This document shows positions 45,259 through 52,789 of a stretch of DNA of 53,064 nt, piece after piece (position 1 is the first letter of the stretch; every line of letters begins with the position of its first letter). Source of the DNA: a virus (lineage: Duplodnaviria > Caudoviricetes); IMG/VR virus record IMGVR_UViG_3300018036_000012, positions 1 through 53,064 of that record. One strand, 5' to 3'. Under the pieces are notes generated by a model. That model was not told the DNA's origin. It made no database searches and saw nothing but the letters and a program-made list of their open reading frames with translations. A program made the position numbers and the translations under genes.

Positions 45259-46470
45259 ATGACCGAAAATACCAGTGTAGTCTACGAAAAATGCAATTTT
45301 TGTAATAAAGATAAAAATAGTGTAACAAAGCTCATAGTTGGCGATAATGTTGCTATATGCAATGAGTGTGTGGAGCTATGTGGAGACTTACTACAAGAAA
45401 TAGCAAGTAATACAATAAATGCAAATGATGTCAATGATATAAATCCTGTTGAGTTAAAAGAATTCCTTGACAAATACGTGATTGGGCAAGAAATGGCAAA
45501 AGTTGTGCTTTCGGTAGCAGTTGCTAACCATTACAAAAGAATTAATAACACATCAACAGAAATAGAATTAGATAAAGCCAACATATTATTGCTTGGGCCA
45601 ACAGGCTGCGGTAAAACATTGCTAGCAAAAAGTGTAGCAAGGTTTTTAGATGTACCATTTACAATTGCAGATGCAACTTCTATCACTGAAGCTGGATATG
45701 TTGGCGACGATGTTGAAACATTGATCAGCAAGTTGTTGAATTCAGCAAACGGAGATGTTGAAAAGGCACAACGAGGTATTGTGTTTTTAGACGAAGTTGA
45801 CAAGATATCACGCAAAAGCGAAAGTTCGTCGATTACTCGTGATGTCAGTGGCGAAGGTGTGCAACAAGCATTGCTTAAACTAGTAGAAGGCACAATTTGT
45901 CGTGTGCCGGCTGGTAATGCTGGTAGGAAAAATCCGCAAGCAGAAATGATTGAAGTAGATACTAAAAATATATTGTTTATTGCAGGCGGGGCGTTTGTTG
46001 GACTCGAAGATGTAGTAAAACGCAGGGCATCGTCTAACTCGGGTATCGGCTTTGGTGTTACAATCAAGGACAACACACCTGGTAGCCTGGGTGATATTGA
46101 ACCCGACGATTTGGTAAAATTTGGATTGATCCCAGAATTTGTAGGACGTTTTCCAACTAGTGTGGCTCTTGAACAATTAACCGAAGACCAGCTAGTGTAC
46201 GTACTTACTGAGATACGCAACAGTTTAGTAGCACAATACACATACTTGTTTGAAACTGACGGTGTTACGTTAACATTCAGTGTAGATGCATTGCGTGAAA
46301 TTGCACAAAACGCACATAAACGCAAAACAGGTGCACGTAGTTTGCAAGCTGAATTGGAAAGAATTCTAATGCCGCATATGTATAGTCTTAAAGAATATGC
46401 TAACAGTAAAATAACCCAAATCGAAATTACGCCCGAGTTGGTAAACAATCCACAAAAACTAGCAGCCTAG
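45259..46470 (+). CDS. clpX: ATP-dependent Clp protease ATP-binding subunit ClpX
   Basis: CNFC/CNEC zinc domain, [31 protein letters not shown] loop. Confidence 0.97.
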   Translation: MTENTSVVYEKCNFCNKDKNSVTKLIVGDNVAICNECVELCGDLLQEIASNTINANDVNDINPVELKEFLDKYVIGQEMAKVVLSVAVANHYKRINNTSTEIELDKANILLLGPTGCGKTLLAKSVARFLDVPFTIADATSITEAGYVGDDVETLISKLLNSANGDVEKAQRGIVFLDEVDKISRKSESSSITRDVSGEGVQQALLKLVEGTICRVPAGNAGRKNPQAEMIEVDTKNILFIAGGAFVGLEDVVKRRASSNSGIGFGVTIKDNTPGSLGDIEPDDLVKFGLIPEFVGRFPTSVALEQLTEDQLVYVLTEIRNSLVAQYTYLFETDGVTLTFSVDALREIAQNAHKRKTGARSLQAELERILMPHMYSLKEYANSKITQIEITPELVNNPQKLAA

Positions 46471-46483
46471 CACTAAAAAACGG

Positions 46484-46511
46484 TTGACTTTGCTGCACGA
46501 GATGTTATACT
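46484..46511 (+). promoter_or_regulatory. sigma70-type promoter
   Basis: TTGACT-16 nt-TATACT with extended TG. Confidence 0.65.
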
Positions 46512-46538
46512 TAATGTAACAGTTAAGGAGAGACATTG

Positions 46539-48932
46539 ATGCAACACGCAAGATCTAAACTCGTAGCAGCCCTATTAGCAACCACTGCCCTTAGTGCATG
46601 TGGCGGCGGAGGCGGCGGCGGACAGCCAGCAACATCGGCAGGGGCAACTCCTAGTAATCCAAGTAGCCCTTCGCCTAGTCCTAGTCCAATTGCTTGGTTG
46701 TATGCTCTTCCAGTATACCAAGGCACAATTGATCCACTAGCAGGCGGCGCTACTAGTGTGTATTCTGTATACGATTCCTACATCAGCGATTTAGATGGCG
46801 ACGGTGCTAGCGACGATGTTGTGTTTGCCGGTAGACAGACGGCAACAAATGATTATAACAATTGGGTGAGCAGTCGAATAAACATAATGAGTTTTGAAAA
46901 CGGTAGTTTGGTTGATAAAACATCTCAATGGTTCTCTGGTGACGATAATATAATATTAGGTACTGAGCCTGATATCGAGTTTACAGACTTTTTTAAAACA
47001 GGCCGAAATGATATGTTTGTAGGCCACAGCACCGATAACAGTGTTGTGTATGGGCCAGCAAATGTATTCCGCAATGACGGTAGTAATTTTACTAAAATTT
47101 CAATTCCCACCGTGGGTATTTGGTCACATGATAGTGATGTTGGCGACTTAAACAACGACACATACGATGATATTATTATGACAGACTATGGTCCAAACAC
47201 AACAATTGCTCTTAACAACACAGTTGACGGGTTTACTACATACATAGATCCATGGAACACCAGTGGGCATCTTCGCAGCGGAGGATCAGGCGTAACCATT
47301 GGTGATTTCTTAGGAGATGGTGGCAACAACGAAATCATCATAACTGATGCCAATTGTCCGTTGTCTTATCTCAACATAGATGGATGTAGTAGTGCTAATT
47401 CAACTAAGATGTACAGCGTAGACTTTACTAATCCGCAAGGGTGGAACGGTCGAGAGGGTGAGGCTGTTGTAGAATACACATTTATTAAAGACTTGCCAGC
47501 AAGTTTAAATATAACTGGAACTGATCACCAGGTGCGTGTAGTTAACTACGATTTCAACGAAGACAACATCGACGATGTTATGGTGTTTGCTCGTTCATCG
47601 GATGTGTTCCGAGAATTTAGTGACATACAGTTTCTACAAAACAACGGCACTGGAGACTTCAGTGATGTTACAAGTGATATTCTAAGTGGGTATGACACTA
47701 ACAGCCACAGCACATACCAACCCAAGTTCTTTGATATCAATGGCGACGGGAAGGAAGACATTCTTGTGTCGGCTGGAGACTTCGGCGGAGCTAACGACAG
47801 CCATCAGTTCTTGATTAAAACATCAGACAACAAATATGTTGCTGCACATCAAAACACATTAACAAATTTTATCACTGATTCAACAAATACACATGGTGGC
47901 AGTGCTAACAGTAGCGGTAACACAGTTAATGTGTTCAAAGGTGATGATGGTAATGACTATCTTGTAACATACATACCATATATGAACGGATCAGATAGAC
48001 AAATGGCTGTGTTTATGAGCCAAATAGATGGATCAACAATTGCAGCAGGCACAGCTAAAAGCATGTTGCAGGAAGAATGGACTTATCTAAGTGATGCTGA
48101 TGCAACACAAGCACTAATTGCCAGTGGCACAACATATGCAGGCGGCAATATCATTGACATCAAATCGGCATTTAATCCACTAGGGGGATTGTCACTAAAC
48201 GGATCAGCTCTAAGTGGCAACATCACTGGACTAAACATCGGTGAAGTATCTGGAGTAGCAACCGACACTATTGGTCGAGGCTATACAGTTGATCTAAGTC
48301 AATCAACTGTAGACAACAAAACCACAATGTACAACACATTACAAAATGATGGTAGTGTATCATTGAGGAATGGCGATATAACAATTAGTTTCAACCTTGA
48401 TTCTAATGAAATAGCACTTGGGCATAGCATGTATAGCACAGGTAACTTTGATTATAGTGTTTATGCAACAAATATGAAAAACAACCCTTGGTTGGACTTT
48501 AATGGGGTTTGGGGAGATGTTAAGAGTAGCACAGTTATTGACAACGTTGCAAGTTATGCTAAAGATAAGTTTGCATTCACAGGTAGCGTAATGCACGTGA
48601 GTACTGATATCACACCTGGATTGGTTACAAATGTTTCAACACAAACAGGAGTGTGGGCCGAAGCAAGCTACACTAATGGCGGGCTACAAGCGTTTGCTGG
48701 CATACACCCAGTTGCACTCAGCGGTAATGTTAGCACAAGTATTCCTACTAGCATTGACAGTGACGGAACAACACAGTACACACAACAACAATTTGGTATG
48801 CCATCAGACGTAAATGCATATGCTAGAATTGAATACACCACTGCATACAACAATGGCGACATAAAGTTAGGTGCAGCAATGAGCCAATCAGGCAATAATA
48901 CAGCTGAAGTATCATACAGCATTAAATGGTAA
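46539..48932 (+). CDS. lipoprotein with FG-GAP/VCBS-like repeats and probable C-terminal beta-barrel (autotransporter-like)
   Basis: Signal peptide with LSAC lipobox then G7; DLDGDG, DLNND, DFNED and DINGDG repeats; ends AEVSYSIKW; AAGGAG RBS. Confidence 0.75.
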   Translation: MQHARSKLVAALLATTALSACGGGGGGGQPATSAGATPSNPSSPSPSPSPIAWLYALPVYQGTIDPLAGGATSVYSVYDSYISDLDGDGASDDVVFAGRQTATNDYNNWVSSRINIMSFENGSLVDKTSQWFSGDDNIILGTEPDIEFTDFFKTGRNDMFVGHSTDNSVVYGPANVFRNDGSNFTKISIPTVGIWSHDSDVGDLNNDTYDDIIMTDYGPNTTIALNNTVDGFTTYIDPWNTSGHLRSGGSGVTIGDFLGDGGNNEIIITDANCPLSYLNIDGCSSANSTKMYSVDFTNPQGWNGREGEAVVEYTFIKDLPASLNITGTDHQVRVVNYDFNEDNIDDVMVFARSSDVFREFSDIQFLQNNGTGDFSDVTSDILSGYDTNSHSTYQPKFFDINGDGKEDILVSAGDFGGANDSHQFLIKTSDNKYVAAHQNTLTNFITDSTNTHGGSANSSGNTVNVFKGDDGNDYLVTYIPYMNGSDRQMAVFMSQIDGSTIAAGTAKSMLQEEWTYLSDADATQALIASGTTYAGGNIIDIKSAFNPLGGLSLNGSALSGNITGLNIGEVSGVATDTIGRGYTVDLSQSTVDNKTTMYNTLQNDGSVSLRNGDITISFNLDSNEIALGHSMYSTGNFDYSVYATNMKNNPWLDFNGVWGDVKSSTVIDNVASYAKDKFAFTGSVMHVSTDITPGLVTNVSTQTGVWAEASYTNGGLQAFAGIHPVALSGNVSTSIPTSIDSDGTTQYTQQQFGMPSDVNAYARIEYTTAYNNGDIKLGAAMSQSGNNTAEVSYSIKW

Positions 48933-48941
48933 ATTGATATA

Positions 48942-48972
48942 TTGACATTATTGGTTGTATCGTGTATAAATA
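48942..48972 (+). promoter_or_regulatory. overlapping early (TTGACA-17-TATAAA) and late (TATAAATA) promoter for hsp20
   Basis: Both consensus elements share the -10 region. Confidence 0.75.
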
Positions 48973-48974
48973 AT

Positions 48975-49038
48975 ATTGTAGGTTGCTAAACAGGGCCTAC
49001 AATTTTAAATCTTGCTTTTATAAAGGAGAAACAAAATG
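48975..49038 (+). promoter_or_regulatory. ROSE-like RNA thermometer in the hsp20 5' UTR
   Basis: 5' hairpin attgtagg/cctacaat; UUGCU (49012-49016) pairs with the SD AGGAG leaving a bulged G. Confidence 0.6.
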
Positions 49039-49479
49039 ACAAGACTTACCTCACTAGACCTCACCCCATTTTATCGCAACGCAGTTGGATTTGATCAACT
49101 TTTTGATCGTATCACTAACAACATTGACAGAGCAACTTCTAATGGCGCTGTGCAAAATTATCCCCCATATGATATTCTTCGCACAGGAGAAGAAACTTAT
49201 CGTATTAGACTAGCAGTAGCTGGTTTTCAAATGGCAGATATCAATGTTGAACTGAAAGAAGGTGTGCTATCAGTTACAGGAAAAACAGATTCCGACGATG
49301 AGTGCGAATTCCTGCACAAAGGCATTAGCACCAGGCCTTTTATCCGCACATTCAACTTAGCAGACTATGTAGAAGTTAAAGCGGCAACATTAAAAGATGG
49401 AATTCTAAAGATTGATCTTGAGCGAATCGTCCCAGAAGTAATGAAGCCAAAAGTTATCGACATAACAGTTGAAACCTAA
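49036..49479 (+). CDS. hsp20: small heat shock protein (IbpA/Hsp20)
   Basis: VGFDQLFD, NYPPYDI, LAVAGF, LHKGI..R.F.R.F.LADYVEV, DGILKIDL. Confidence 0.96.
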   Translation: MTRLTSLDLTPFYRNAVGFDQLFDRITNNIDRATSNGAVQNYPPYDILRTGEETYRIRLAVAGFQMADINVELKEGVLSVTGKTDSDDECEFLHKGISTRPFIRTFNLADYVEVKAATLKDGILKIDLERIVPEVMKPKVIDITVET

Positions 49480-49555
49480 CTTTTGTAATAAGTACATAAA
49501 ATTGGTATGCAGGGCATCTATTGCTCTGCATACACTATAAAAAATAAGGACTGTT

Positions 49556-49861
49556 ATGAGCCAAATTGAAACAAAAAGTAAAGTAGAAACAACCATTTTT
49601 CTTAAAGAACCAACGCTGTTCAAATTAATCTACATCAATGACAACCAAACTTCGCAGGAGTTTGTTATCCACACACTAGTTGATATTTTTAATTACACTG
49701 AAGCAACTGCTGAAAATTTGACATTAGACGTACACGAAACAGGATCAGCAGTAGTAGCAGTTATGCCATATGAAATAGCCGAACAAAAAGGAATTGAAGT
49801 TACTCTACTTGCCCGTGCTAATGGATATCCATTGCAAGTTAAGATTGAGCCAGAAAGTTAA
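49556..49861 (+). CDS. clpS: ATP-dependent Clp protease adaptor ClpS
   Basis: EP..FKLIYINDNQTSQEFV...VHETGSAVV...EIAEQK...YPL. Confidence 0.9.
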   Translation: MSQIETKSKVETTIFLKEPTLFKLIYINDNQTSQEFVIHTLVDIFNYTEATAENLTLDVHETGSAVVAVMPYEIAEQKGIEVTLLARANGYPLQVKIEPES

Positions 49862-49862
49862 T

Positions 49863-50657
49863 CTAACTGATGTTAATTTCAATACGTTTAGGATAGTACA
49901 CAGTTTTGCACCAATCAGTGCCACTACGTCCTCTACAATTATTTACATATCTTATGTTATCAATGGTTGTATCAACATCACTGTGATAATGCCCAAAACA
50001 CCATGTATGAACTTTATTTTCATGGTCTTCGTCAAGGCAACGAGATAACATGCTATTGCCAGTGCAGTTTAATGCATGAGTACCTTCTAGCTCAACATCG
50101 TGTTCAATTAACCGCACATTGGGCACATAATGTGTAATCAATACTATTTTTCTAACATCGTGATGTGTCTGTAGTTTACTAACTGTTTTACACAAGAATC
50201 CAGCATCACTAAGTGACAATGCTTCTATTTGTTGCCCAGCATACATACTAACACCGTATCTTTCTTCCAGCCAGCGTTTACTGTCTTGATAGGAAAGGTC
50301 GCAATCGAAATCAAAACCAGTCCACCCATTAACACCTACAAATGCAACACCATCAACTACTACAGAATTATCTTGCAACCAAACAACATTATGAATACCG
50401 CTAATGTCAGATCTTAAAGATTCGTAACTTTGTCCTAGGTTTTCTAACTCCCATCTATGTTCATCATTGCCGTCGACGAATATGACAAGTTTATAATGAG
50501 ATGATAGCTCTTTGAGCACAGGTTTAAGATCACTGCGCTCTCTACTAATATCACCGGCAACTACAGCATACAAGCTAGTAGCTTTGCCTTCCCAATTAAA
50601 AGGTTCTTCCCACGTATCTACGTGAAGATCAGAAATTAAATCAAAGTGTATTTTCAT
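49863..50657 (-). CDS. calcineurin-like metallophosphoesterase
   Basis: ISDLH, AGDI, GNDEH, THYVP, FGHYH; start moved to ATG 50657. Confidence 0.9.
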   Translation of the reverse strand: MKIHFDLISDLHVDTWEEPFNWEGKATSLYAVVAGDISRERSDLKPVLKELSSHYKLVIFVDGNDEHRWELENLGQSYESLRSDISGIHNVVWLQDNSVVVDGVAFVGVNGWTGFDFDCDLSYQDSKRWLEERYGVSMYAGQQIEALSLSDAGFLCKTVSKLQTHHDVRKIVLITHYVPNVRLIEHDVELEGTHALNCTGNSMLSRCLDEDHENKVHTWCFGHYHSDVDTTIDNIRYVNNCRGRSGTDWCKTVYYPKRIEINIS

Positions 50658-50686
50658 TGCATAATTACTTACACAAGGAGACACCA

Positions 50687-51034
50687 ATGCACATTATTTT
50701 CGGCGACGAAGTTGCAAACAATATGAAAAGCAAATATACAATTTTACCACTTGACGATATGAAAATAGGCGATTCACCGGTTGTAACTGCATATTGCGTA
50801 ATTGAAGACATTCCAGTAACCGAAATTGCAGAATTAGACCGTGTGACAAATTTACACACCAAACTAATTGAAAATTATAAAAAGCCCGACTTTAATTTTT
50901 GTGAACAAGCACTTGAGCACCTTAAAGGTAAATGGGGCAAACAGTTGGATAGTTTTTACGATGTAATGTCGGACAGGATTGTTAAATACAAAGACACAGA
51001 TGTATCCTATTGGGACCCTGTGGTTTACAAATAG
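50687..51034 (+). CDS. hypothetical protein (resembles the C-terminal tail of class III adenylate cyclases)
   Basis: AAGGAG RBS, ATG 50687; LDDMKI...V.AY...WDPV. Confidence 0.65.
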   Translation: MHIIFGDEVANNMKSKYTILPLDDMKIGDSPVVTAYCVIEDIPVTEIAELDRVTNLHTKLIENYKKPDFNFCEQALEHLKGKWGKQLDSFYDVMSDRIVKYKDTDVSYWDPVVYK

Positions 51035-51043
51035 GAAATTAAA

Positions 51044-51325
51044 ATGTGGGAAATGATTCAAAACATGGCGGGAGACCGTACATGGATTTATACTAGTATA
51101 GTAGGCAGCATACTTGGAGCTGCATTTTTAACATATTTAAGCACAACAAGAATAGGACTATGGGTGTATGCTGCGTTTGATCGTATGCTTGATTATTTAG
51201 TAGAACAATGGGGACTAAATTGGTTTGAACAACCCGAAGATGCATGGCGCAAAAAGTATCCGCATGTAACTAAAAAGATAGACGAACTAGAAGCACGTAT
51301 TAAAAAATTAGAAAAGAAAAAGTAG
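51044..51325 (+). CDS. small membrane protein with C-terminal coiled coil
   Basis: AGGA RBS; TM segment; KKIDELEARIKKLE. Confidence 0.7.
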   Translation: MWEMIQNMAGDRTWIYTSIVGSILGAAFLTYLSTTRIGLWVYAAFDRMLDYLVEQWGLNWFEQPEDAWRKKYPHVTKKIDELEARIKKLEKKK

Positions 51326-51326
51326 C

Positions 51327-51458
51327 ATGACAGACAGCGAAATTGCAATTAAATTACACGATATTGCTCGTACTGTAGAATCAATGGGTACAGCAAACTT
51401 GAATGCAAAACAAATGCGTGAAATTGCAGATAGATTTGTAGAACTTACAAAAAAATAA
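51327..51458 (+). CDS. 43-aa hypothetical protein (not in ORF track)
   Basis: MTDSEIAIKLHDIART...IADRFVELTKK, starting 1 nt after the previous stop. Confidence 0.6.
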   Translation: MTDSEIAIKLHDIARTVESMGTANLNAKQMREIADRFVELTKK

Positions 51459-51481
51459 ATTGAATAAAACACATATTTCGG

Positions 51482-51510
51482 TTGACAACTGTATTTGTAT
51501 ATGCTATAAA
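51482..51510 (+). promoter_or_regulatory. sigma70-type promoter, probably also driving the tRNA cluster
   Basis: TTGACA-17 nt-TATAAA with extended TG. Confidence 0.75.
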
Positions 51511-51544
51511 GTATGTATAGAAAGCAAAAATGAAAGTGTACAAC

Positions 51545-51796
51545 ATGCAAAATTATATCACACTCCGTAATGTAGTCGAAGCTGTAGCAGATCGTGCTGA
51601 AAATCTCAATGAAGATTACAGCATCAATTGGAACTTTGTTGATGCTGATGCGTACACTGCATGCCGTGACGATTTTGCAAGCGAAGAATTGTTTTACGAA
51701 GCGTTTGACGAAATTGCAGGAAACATCATTGCTCAACGCAGTGAAGAAGCAGCAAGTGAACGTGAATACGAAATGTTTGACGGAATGGAGGCTTAA
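51545..51796 (+). CDS. acidic early hypothetical protein
   Basis: ENLNEDYSINWNFVDADAY; start 51530 or 51545. Confidence 0.7.
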   Translation: MQNYITLRNVVEAVADRAENLNEDYSINWNFVDADAYTACRDDFASEELFYEAFDEIAGNIIAQRSEEAASEREYEMFDGMEA

Positions 51797-51799
51797 GCC

Positions 51800-51934
51800 A
51801 TGGAAGTTATTATGATCTCATTGTGCATTGCAATCTGCGGTGTTATTATCGGTTACATTGTTGGTTATAATCATGGAGGCAAGGATATGGATCGTGCATA
51901 TAAAGACGCCTACAACATCAAAGATTATCGATAA
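51800..51934 (+). CDS. 44-aa single-TM protein (not in ORF track)
   Basis: GGAGG RBS; MEVIMISLCIAICGVIIGYIVGY. Confidence 0.6.
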   Translation: MEVIMISLCIAICGVIIGYIVGYNHGGKDMDRAYKDAYNIKDYR

Positions 51935-51945
51935 AAAACATTACC

Positions 51946-52022
51946 GCTCCTGTAGCTCAGTTGGTTAGAGCGCCCCGCTCATAACGGGTCGGTCGTAGGT
52001 TCGAGTCCTACCGGGAGCACCA
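51946..52022 (+). tRNA. tRNA with CAT anticodon (Ile2-lysidine or elongator Met)
   Basis: gctcctg/cgggagc acceptor, CTCATAA loop, TTCGAGT T-loop, encoded CCA. Confidence 0.93.
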
Positions 52023-52027
52023 ATAAT

Positions 52028-52102
52028 ATGGGTGAAGTGTTAATGGTTGCACGTCGGATTCCAAATCCGAAAGACAGAGTTCGATTCTTTGCACCTATGC
52101 CA
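52028..52102 (+). tRNA. tRNA-Trp(CCA)
   Basis: atgggtg/cacctat acceptor, tcgga-TTCCAAA-tccga, G discriminator, CCA end. Confidence 0.9.
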
Positions 52103-52119
52103 ATTTTAAAGAGGTCTAT

Positions 52120-52341
52120 ATGAAATATCTAACTGACGGCAAAAGACATTTGATATGTGATCCCTATTCGATAGAAAATCTTCATCGAATGGCAGATGAT
52201 CTAGGTATCAAGCGTTGTTGGTTTCATAAAGATCACTACGACATACCGAAGCGCAGGATCGAAGAAATAGAAGCTCGATGTGAGATTGTGTCGAGTAGAG
52301 AAATAGTGAAATACACTCATAAACGAAATACACTCCTATAG
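52120..52341 (+). CDS. DUF4031-like small protein inside the tRNA cluster
   Basis: GAGG RBS; HL....ENLH.MA..LGIKR.WF..DHYDI. Confidence 0.7.
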   Translation: MKYLTDGKRHLICDPYSIENLHRMADDLGIKRCWFHKDHYDIPKRRIEEIEARCEIVSSREIVKYTHKRNTLL

Positions 52342-52409
52342 CTCAGTTGGTTAGTAGCACAGCGCTCATAACGCTTTGGTCCTTGGTTCGAGTCCAAGTG
52401 GGAGTACCA
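52332..52409 (+). tRNA. second tRNA with CAT anticodon (Ile2 or elongator Met)
   Basis: actccta/tgggagt acceptor, CTCATAA loop, cttgg-TTCGAGT-ccaag, CCA end. Confidence 0.88.
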
Positions 52410-52417
52410 AATATTCG

Positions 52418-52552
52418 CTATGTAAGAGGTCGACATCTTACGTAGAGAGAACGCTGCCTCTGCCGTGGGACCTCGGTGGATGATCAGGTAAGTTCATTCT
52501 TACCGCAGGGGTAAAAGCCCTAAATGAGGTCTCAGAGATAGAATAGGCAGCG
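52418..52552 (+). ncRNA. unassigned structured RNA (hairpin plus multi-branch stem)
   Basis: ctatgtaaga/tcttacgtag; cgctgcct/aggcagcg; tgggacctc/gaggtctca; ggtaag/cttacc. Confidence 0.55.
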
Positions 52553-52562
52553 GCAACTGCCT

Positions 52563-52693
52563 TGGTTAGGAGACTATCGTTTGTGACTTTGCCGAGTTGC
52601 AGATAGATAGACTGTTTCGTCTAGTCAGGAAGGACACCAGGCGAACGCCGGGAAACACAGGTTCGAATCCTGTAACAGTTTTGCTCCTAACCA
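52563..52693 (+). ncRNA. tRNA-like ncRNA lacking a canonical anticodon loop and CCA
   Basis: Outer 10-bp stem tggttaggag/ctcctaacca; acceptor-like gactgtt/aacagtt; D arm gtct/ggac; perfect T arm acagg-TTCGAAT-cctgt. Confidence 0.7.
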
Positions 52694-52701
52694 GAAATAA
52701 A

Positions 52702-52777
52702 GCGGGTATAGCTCAGTTGGTAGAGCGTCAGATTTCCAATCTGAATGTCGTCGGTTCGAATCCGTCTGCCCGCTCCA
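52702..52777 (+). tRNA. tRNA-Gly(TCC)
   Basis: gcgggta/tgcccgc acceptor, tcaga-TTTCCAA-tctga, U discriminator, CCA. Confidence 0.95.
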
Positions 52778-52789
52778 TTAATACTTTCT

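Noticed and set aside
45531-46448. 305-aa antisense ORF
   Set aside because: Lies wholly opposite clpX; shadow frame with no motifs or RBS
46602-46680. GGC and CCTAGT short repeats as a phase-variable tract
   Set aside because: In-frame, with synonymous variation; they encode the Gly and Pro-Ser linker
52478-52525. Pistol- or hammerhead-like words (gatcaggt, aagccctaa, gatga)
   Set aside because: Order and pairing partners do not fit either ribozyme
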